DNA of 64,000 nucleotides, from the NCBI GenBank assembly GCA_951406725.2, contig OX597828.1, forward strand, positions 74,772,001 to 74,836,000, read 5' to 3'. Under the pieces are notes generated by a model. That model had not been told where the DNA came from, made no database searches, and was given only the letters and a program-made list of their open reading frames with translations. Made by a program: the position numbers and the translations under genes. This DNA comes from Octopus vulgaris. Lineage: Eukaryota. Below are positions 55,768 through 64,000 of this stretch, piece by piece (the stretch's first letter is position 1; each line of letters starts with the position of its first letter).

Positions 55768-55802
55768 TATAGACAGCTATTAATATATATATATATAAAA
55801 TA

Positions 55803-56207
55803 TGCAGTGTGGTGGTGTGGCAAGATGTTTGCTTCCCAACCACCAGGTTCTAGGTTCAGTCCCTACTGTGTGGCACCCTGGGCAAGTGTCTTCTTTTATA
55901 GCCTTGGGCAGACCAATACCTTGGGTGTGGATTTGGTAGATGGAAACTGAAAGAAGCCTGTCACGTGTGTGTTTGTGTCTGTGTTCAACATCCTACCACC
56001 ACAACCACCACCTTACAACCGGTGTTTGTGTGTTTACCCCCTCCCCCGTAACATAGCAGTTCAGTAAAAAAGATTGATAGAATAAGCACCAGGCTTTAAA
56101 AAAAAGATATAGAAGCACTGGGGTTGGTTCAGTCGACTAAAAATCCTTCTAAGCAGTGCCCCAGCATGGCCACAATGTTATGACTGAAAGAAGTAAAAGA
56201 TAAAAGA
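55803..56207 (+). mobile_element. SINE family A copy
   Basis: Family head, core and tail. Confidence 0.85.
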
Positions 56208-56989
56208 TGAACAAACGAAGTAGCTGGATCTGCTAAATATAACAGCTAAGTTCTTGTCAAATCACGTTTTGATGTCTGGAAAGAACAAATGGTCGTATGT
56301 CCCATATGTGCAGACACAAATATATTCTTAGATATAAATACATTCTTACTTAAACACACACACTCATACACGTGCACACATACATATGCTTATACACACA
56401 AATGCAAACGTGTATATGTCCCCTCACACACACACATACATTCATGCACACATTCTCTTACACACACACACACACACACACATGCTCCTATATTGAGACA
56501 TACATTTCACAGGCATACACGCATACATTCCTGGACACAAATACACACACACGCACACACTTCCATTTACACACACACACATGTAATTCAATGTAACAGA
56601 CACATTAAAACACACACAAAATGCCATGAATTAACAAATGTAAGCCATTTTGACTGTTTAATTGAGTCTAATAAATCAACACACACACATACACACACAT
56701 GCACACACACTCTCCCCCTCTCTCTCTCTCTCACTCATTCTTTCTCTCACCCCCTTCTCCCTCTCTCTCTCTCTCTTCCTCTGTCCTTCTTTGTCTCAGA
56801 ATATATTTCCCTTCCTTCAAACTAATTCTTCTATTTCTAGACTGTTCAGTCCTACTCCAAATAAGACTTACACACACATTAGATCGTATCATATACATAT
56901 ACCTACATATATGCACACAATGAAACAGGCATGTACATACACACACACTAGCACACACACACACACACTAGCACACACACACACACTTC

Positions 56990-57227
56990 TTATTCAAATT
57001 TTGAAATTCTTTTTGTTTTTGGTAGAATTGTAGACAAAAATCTTATATTTGAAAATATATAACTGCACACACACACACACACATTGCTCACACACATACA
57101 CACACACAGACAAACACACTCACACACATGTACACATGCACATACAAACTTCCACTTATTCAATTTTTGTAATTTCTTTTCCTTTTTTTTTTTCCTTACT
57201 AGAATTGCAGAGAAAAATCTTACATTT

Positions 57228-57260
<33 letters not shown>

Positions 57261-57390
57261 CTTCCACTTTTTCAATTTTTGAAATTTCTTTTTTTTTTTT
57301 TTTTTTTTTTGCTAGAATTATAGAGAAAAATCTTACATTTAAATATATAACCACACAAACACACACACACACAGACACACACACACACAC
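56990..57390. repeat. Local triplication of a ~75-bp unit separated by (CA)n
   Basis: CAATTTTTG(T/A)AATT...TAGAATT..AGA.AAAAATCTTA.ATTT at ~56995, ~57161 and ~57273. Confidence 0.8.
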
Positions 57391-58017
57391 TGGTGGTTCT
57401 CAAACACTAAACTGTACTGCTTTAGTGTGTTAACGCAAGATATAGTTTGATGCAGAAAGAAAATAGTGAATTCATTATTAAAACAAAAATAAAATAAATT
57501 ACAAACTGAAATCTTAAATATAGTCTTGATAATTATATTTCATTTACTGGATAAAGAAATAAATGTTAAAGAATATTTTATACATTCACCAATTTATGTT
57601 TATGAAAGAAAATATAAATAACATCCTTTTTAAATACAGTTTTATTTCATTTCATGATTAGAGTGCTCAGCATTTGAAAAGGAATCGGACCCAGACACAT
57701 AGTTGTGTCCTTGAGCAAGACACTTTATTTCACGTTGCTCCAGTTCACTCAGCTGGCAAGAATGAGTAGGACCTGTATTTCAAAGGGGCCAGCCTTGTCA
57801 CACTCTGTGTCACGCTGAATCTCCCTGAGAACGACGTTAAGGGTACGCATGTCTGTGGAGTGCTCAGCCGCTTACATGTTAATTTCACAAGCAAGCTGTT
57901 CCGTTGACCGTCTCAGCTGGGACCCTCGTCGTGGTAACCGACAGGGTGCTCCTGTGTGATATATATATACATACAGGCATGCATAGATGTGTGTACCTCT
58001 CTATATGTCTGTCTGTT

Positions 58018-58252
58018 AAGGCGGCGAGCTGGCAGAAATGTTAGCATGCCGGGCGAAATGCGTAGCCGTATTTCGTCTGCCGTTACGTTCTGAGTTCAAA
58101 TTCCGCTGAGGTTGACTTTGCCTTTCATCCTTTCGGGGTCGATAACTTAAGTACCAGTTATGCACTGGGGTCGATATAATCGACTTAATCCGTTTGTCTG
58201 TCCTTGTTTGTCCCCTCTATGTTTAACCCCTTGTGGGTAGTAAAGAAATAGG
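58018..58252 (+). mobile_element. SINE family B variant with a different 3' tail and 14-bp TSD
   Basis: TATGTCTGTCTGTT at 58004-58017 and 58253-58266. Confidence 0.88.
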
Positions 58253-58484
58253 TATGTCTGTCTGTTTGCTTAACTCTGTGTCTGCTTGTTAGTCTAGCTG
58301 TCGTTCATTCTCAGTATATCAGAGGATGCCTATATATATCTATAGAATATATTGAGATTCAGGTGAATGAGGCCCTGAAAGAATAAGACACCAGGTTGGG
58401 TCAAAATTAAAATGCTTACACGGCAAGTGAGGACGAATACAAACATTGGTGCTGATGTAATATACCTATACATGAGTATGTGAA

Positions 58485-58862
58485 GGCGTGGCTGTGTGGT
58501 AAGAGGTTTGCCTCCCAATCACATGGTTTCGGGTTCAATCCCACTGCGTGGCATATTGGGCAAGTGTCTTCTACTATGGCCTTGGCCCAACTAAGCCTTG
58601 TGGGTAGATTTGGGTAGACGGAAACTGAAAGAAGCCTGTCGTATGTATATATATGTATATGTTTATATGTCTGTGTTTGTCCCCTCCACCATCACTTGAC
58701 AACCGATGTTGGTGTGTTTACATCCCCATAACTTAGCAGTTCAGCAAAAGAGATCCAATCGGATAAGTGCAGGGCTTATGAAGAATAAGTCCTGGATCAG
58801 TTTGTTGGGCTAAAGGCTGTGCTCCAGCATGATTGGTGTTAAATGACCGAAACAAATAAAAG
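58485..58862 (+). mobile_element. SINE family A copy
   Basis: Family head, core and tail. Confidence 0.85.
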
Positions 58863-58877
58863 AACCATAGAAAGAAA

Positions 58878-58928
<51 letters not shown>

Positions 58929-59340
58929 TATACACACATATATACACATACATATATATATACTATATATATATATATATATAGTATATATATATGTATG
59001 TATGTCTATGCAGAAGTCATCTCAGAACACACAAATTACTAAGGTAGGATGGGGTGGGGTGTGGGGGCTGCACAGTGAAAGCAAAAGGGAGAGGGGTGTA
59101 GGAAGAATTCATAATCTCCCCCAAAATCTACAGACCCGCCCCCTCCCGCCAACATCACAACCTTTCTTCCTTTCTTAAATTGGTGGAATAGGAATATGAA
59201 TTGAGGTCAAAGTGTTGACATAGTTCTGTCACTGTGGTGGTCTGACGGAGGGTGGGGGCGGGTAGAGCTAGGAGAGAGAGTGAGTGAAAGTGAGAGAGTG
59301 GCGAGAGAAAAGGAGGACGTGAGTGAGTGTGTTTGTATAC

Positions 59341-59372
<32 letters not shown>

Positions 59373-59602
59373 AAGGGGAGGTGCAGGCTGAGGATATTAT
59401 TTAGGAGCAACTAGTGAAATACAAATAAAATGATGTATGAATGCGTGTGTCTGTCTGTCTGTCCGTTTGAATGGTGTTGACGTCATAGGACTTTGTAAAC
59501 TTTTGAGAAATCATGAAATCTCTCTTTTTTTGTGAAAAAGTGAACCTGATGTGCATAAATCTATAAATAATACCATATATATATATATATATGCACTCAC
59601 AT

Positions 59603-59754
59603 ACACACATATATAGAGGGAGAAAGATAATACATACATATATATATACATGTGTTTAGACATACATGTGTATATATATACATACATACATACATATATA
59701 TACATGTATATATATATACATACATATATATATACATGTATGTGGGTGGGTGTG

Positions 59755-59785
<31 letters not shown>

Positions 59786-59812
59786 TATCTTTCTCCCTCT
59801 ATATATGTGTGT
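59603..59812. repeat. Inverted repeat, ~45-bp arms around a microsatellite
   Basis: ACACACATATATAGAGGGAGAAAGATAATACATACATATAT versus ATATATGTATGTATTATCTTTCTCCCTCTATATATGTGTGT. Confidence 0.9.
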
Positions 59813-61102
59813 TACTCTTTATCTTTTATTAAACTTTTAATACTTTTGATATATGAAAAATAAATAGATAAATTAATTAATTGATAAATAAAATAATATA
59901 TAAATATAAAAATATACATACATATATATATATATTTGTATATATATATATAAAATTTATAAGTTTAAATTATTTAAATAATTTTTTATTTTTAACTTTT
60001 ATATTTTAAAATTAATTTTATGTATTGGCTTTTGTTTTTCACTGTTTGATTTGCCTAAAAGTGGTTTTATCTCTAATTTAATATAATATATATATATATA
60101 TATATATATGCGTGTGTGTGTGTGTGTGATGAAAGAGAGAAGGAGGGAGAGATGAACAGCCAAAGGACGTAATATGTGGGTGTTTAGAGAAAGAGAGACA
60201 GACAGACAGACAGTCTGTATATTATAGGTGTAGACAAACAGACAGATAGTAAACTTGTGGTGTGTGTGTGTGTGTTACTGCCTTAGTGTGTTTGGGTATG
60301 TAGGTTGGTGCTTTGGGTGTGATTTAACCCATGGTCAATTCTGATTCAACAAATCTATGATCAAAGACATTCCAAACACGACCAGCCTGTCTTCCTGTAA
60401 ATCAGTGATTAGATTTTTCCATAAATTATTCAACTCAATAGGGTGTAATGTGAGGTAGATTTGGTTGTTATTTCTAGCAGGTTGAAGGAGCATGAAAGGG
60501 CTTCCTAATTATCTGTGTATGTTAGTAGTGGCAGGGTGTGTGTGTGTCTGTGTTACTGTGTGAGTGTGTATATGTGTTGTTGTTTAACCACAGGTCAGGT
60601 CTGATCCAACAGACCTAGAATCAAAGACCTTCCAACCATGTCTATCAAGATAAGATATTGCCCAATGTGGTCTTCTTCTGAACACAGTAGGGTGTGGTTT
60701 GAAGAAGATTGGGCTGTGTGTGTGTGTGTGGTGGTAACGGTGGTGGTCGTATGCCTGTGTGTGTTTCTTGTAGGGTGTGTGTGTGTGTGTGACAGCATAT
60801 ATTGATGTATGCATGCGTTTTATGTTATTAAATTTTAGTACGTGTCGCTGGGTGATTGAAAACTAACTCCATATTTTAAAATACTTATAAATTATTTATT
60901 AATTGCAATTCTTTTTCTCAAATTTCTCGGGTTCGTTTTTTTGAAGTATAAATACAACCTCAGACCAAAACCTTTCCTCTCATATTAAATTTTTTTTGGT
61001 AAAAATACTCATAAATTATTTATTGTAATTTTTACCAAAAAAACGGATATGAGAGGAAACAAACCGGACAGATTTTGAGAAAGAAAAGTCATAATTAATA
61101 AA

Positions 61103-61237
61103 GGTGCAGGAGTGGCTGTGTGGTTGAAGCTTGCTTCCCAACCACATGGTTCTGGGTTCAGTCCCACTGCATGGCACCTTGGGCTGACCAAATCCCTTTG
61201 AGTGGATTTGGTAGACGGAAACTGAAAGAAGCCCGTC

Positions 61238-61288
<51 letters not shown>

Positions 61289-61486
61289 TGTTTGTGTTTG
61301 TCCCCCCACCATCGCTTGACAACCGATGTTGGTGTGTTTACGTCCCTCTCACTTAGCAGTTCGGCAAAAAGAGACTGATAGAATAAGTACTAGGCTTACA
61401 GAAAGTAAGTCCTGGGTTTGATTTATTCAAGTAAATGTGGTGTTCCAGCATGGCCACAGTCAAATGACTGAAACAAATAAAAGAGT
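61103..61486 (+). mobile_element. SINE family A copy
   Basis: Family head, core and tail. Confidence 0.88.
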
Positions 61487-62178
61487 AAGGAGTATTTTAA
61501 AATAGGGAGTATATTACCAGATTGCCAGATGGGTGTGTCTATGATATTATGTATGTGTATTGACAGTGTGTGTGTGTGTGCGTGTTAAGTTGATGTGTTT
61601 GTATATACTTATGTCGACTCAGTGTGTGTGTGTGTGTGCATGAGAAAGATTAAGCATCTCTTGTTTATTCCCAGATCAGTTACCATCACCACTCCAAGAT
61701 TAGGTAGATCTTTGACATCCCAACCGTGACCACCCTGTCTATTTTAAAGCTCAATTACTATATTAACTGGGGTGCTAGCACAATTTCCTTCTCCTTGTGT
61801 AAATCAGGTTTTGCAATTGGTAACACATGTCTCTGAATCTGTTATAAAAGGGGACTTAAAGGATTGCCAACAGGAAGGACCAGATGCCCTTCTTGTTACC
61901 GTCCCCAAGTCACATCACTGTACCCTTTGTGCCACTGTTACTACAGCTCCCTGTTCTTCAAAGTTAAGTAGCTACATACTACACTTCAGGGCCCCCTTGC
62001 CCAGGAAAGCCCTGACTCCTCCCCCATCTACCAATCCTACAACATTTCCTGTTCCTTGGACCCACCTAGTTATATACTCCTGCCACTTCCACACAAACCC
62101 ATGTGAAACCCCCTACTGTGTTCCTTCCGGTTGTCACCAATTCTGTGACACAGTTCTCAGGCCTTATGCTAACCTCCA

Positions 62179-62540
62179 TCTTTTACTTGTTTCAGTCATT
62201 AGACTGTGGCCATGCTGGGGCACCACCCTAAAGGGTTTTAGTCAAACGAATCAACCCCAGTACATTTTAACCTATCACTTATTCTGTCTCTTTTTGCAAT
62301 GCCACTTACTTATGGGATGTAAACAAACCAACACTGATTGCTAATCAGTGGAGAGGGACAAACACACACACCATGTTCACATAATGAGCTTCTTTCAGTT
62401 TCTATCTATCTAATTCACTCACAGAGGATTGGGTGGCCCAGGGCTTTAGTAGAGGACACTTTCCCAAGGTGCCATGCAATGGGGTTGAACCTAGAACGAG
62501 GTGGGTTGCAAAGCAAATTTCTTAGTCCCACACCCAAGCC
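62179..62540 (-). mobile_element. SINE family A copy (diverged)
   Basis: CTTTTACTTGTTTCAGTCATTAGACTGTGGCCATGCTGGGGCACC 3' end. Confidence 0.8.
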
Positions 62541-63612
62541 TATCCTTTATAGAAATTCTTACATAAAATTGTTCCATACCATAACCATCGCCTCTCTGTC
62601 TCCAAGACTTTGCTGTTGTGACTTACAACTTTCGGTCAGCTCTGATCAAAGAGATCTATGAACAGAAGACATTCCATTTATAACCATTCCTTCTTATTTT
62701 CAGGCATTTCTACAACTCTTTCAATCCAGTGTGTCCTTTGTCTTATGCAACAGTAGGATATGATTTGGGATGGATTTGGTTGCTACTTCTAGCAGACCAA
62801 GTGACCATATAAAGGCTCTACCATTGATTTACCCAATGGTTATTTTGTCTGGCATTCTACCATTTCAGCAAATACTTGCTCTCATTAAACAGAATGCCAT
62901 TTCCAAGGTTTCTTTGCGAAGTCAAGCAATGTCTGTACACACAGTCCCCACCCCTCCCACTCTGCTAGTCTTGCTTCCAGTCAGCTGGAATTCCTCCCAA
63001 TTTCCTTTGGGTGTGTTAGGACCCTATATTTGTAGAAATGCCCCATTAACCCAGCTTTCACGAGATCCTTTACATCTACAGATATATATATACATGTGTG
63101 TATATATACATGTGTGTATAGATAAGCAAGTTGAAGTCAGATTTTTCTATATGTGTGCATGTGTGTTTGTGTATGCATACATGTGTACATGTAGATATAT
63201 GAATGTATAGATATATGTGTATGAATATATGTATATAGATATATGTGTGTGTGAAATGCCTTGAATAAAATGACTCACAAAAGAATATGTATATATACAT
63301 ATTCACACATACACATATATACATACATGCACACACACACACACATCTTGGAGATTATTCTGTGTTTGTAGTGGCGATGTGGAGATAAATTGAACACAAA
63401 ATGCTAACAATAACTTTATTATATAGAAAAGGTGTATATAAGATAACTGATTTTATATACCCTGGTGCTGTCACAATCAGATTATATCAAAACCTGTCAT
63501 CTTAAAAAAACAAAATATTTTCTTTCTTTATTTGTAAAAATGTCCTACTTTTGAAATATAACATTATGCATACATGTGTGTATGGATGTCACCAGATGAA
63601 TATATATATATA

Positions 63613-64000
63613 GGCATAAGAGTGGCTGTGTGGTGAGAAGCTTGCTTCTCAACCACGTGGTTCTGGGTTCAGTCCCACTGCGTGGCACTTTGGGCAAGTG
63701 TCTTCTACTATAGGCTCGGGCCGACCAAATCCTTGTGAGTGGATTTGGTGGGTGGAAACTGAAAGAAGCCCGTATATGTGTGTGTGTGTGCGTATGTTTG
63801 TATGTCTATGTTTGTCCCCCACCACCACCACCACCATTGCTTGACATCCGATGTTGGTGTGTTTACGTATCTGTAACTTAGCCGTTTGGCAAAAGAGACC
63901 GATAGAATAAGTACTAAGGTTTCCAAAGAATAAGCCCTGGAGTCGATTTGTTCGACTAAAGGTGGTGCTCCAGCATGGCCGCAGTCAAATGACTGAAACA
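63613..64000 (+). mobile_element. SINE family A copy (runs to the window end)
   Basis: Family head, core and tail. Confidence 0.88.

Noticed and set aside
61772-62344. 190-aa ORF
   Set aside because: It has a non-ATG start and no recognisable domain, and its 3' part runs through an antisense SINE.

Overview
Eukaryotic, AT-rich, very microsatellite- and SINE-rich animal DNA. The repeat families match those I recognise from Octopus genomes (inference). The only host coding sequence I can support is the first coding exon (5740-5857, +) of a heterotrimeric G-protein alpha-i subunit gene ([40 protein letters not shown]). It is probably preceded by a spliced, ATG-free 5' UTR, and the next ~58 kb appears to be one intron. 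That intron contains several tRNA-derived SINE families, RTE and Dong/R4 LINE relics, piggyBac/hAT/Tc-type MITEs, minisatellites and microsatellites. Nearly all ORFs in the supplied track are repeat artefacts. The most notable signal is about 8 type I hammerhead-ribozyme motifs in at least five unrelated sequence contexts. These include a ~445-bp head-to-head palindrome of a tRNA-headed element with a hammerhead in each arm (27492-27937), a ~390-bp hammerhead-bearing insert flanked by a 20-bp direct repeat (55358-55787), and an inverted Penelope-like pair (42745-43062). All coordinates were read by eye; repeat boundaries are approximate.
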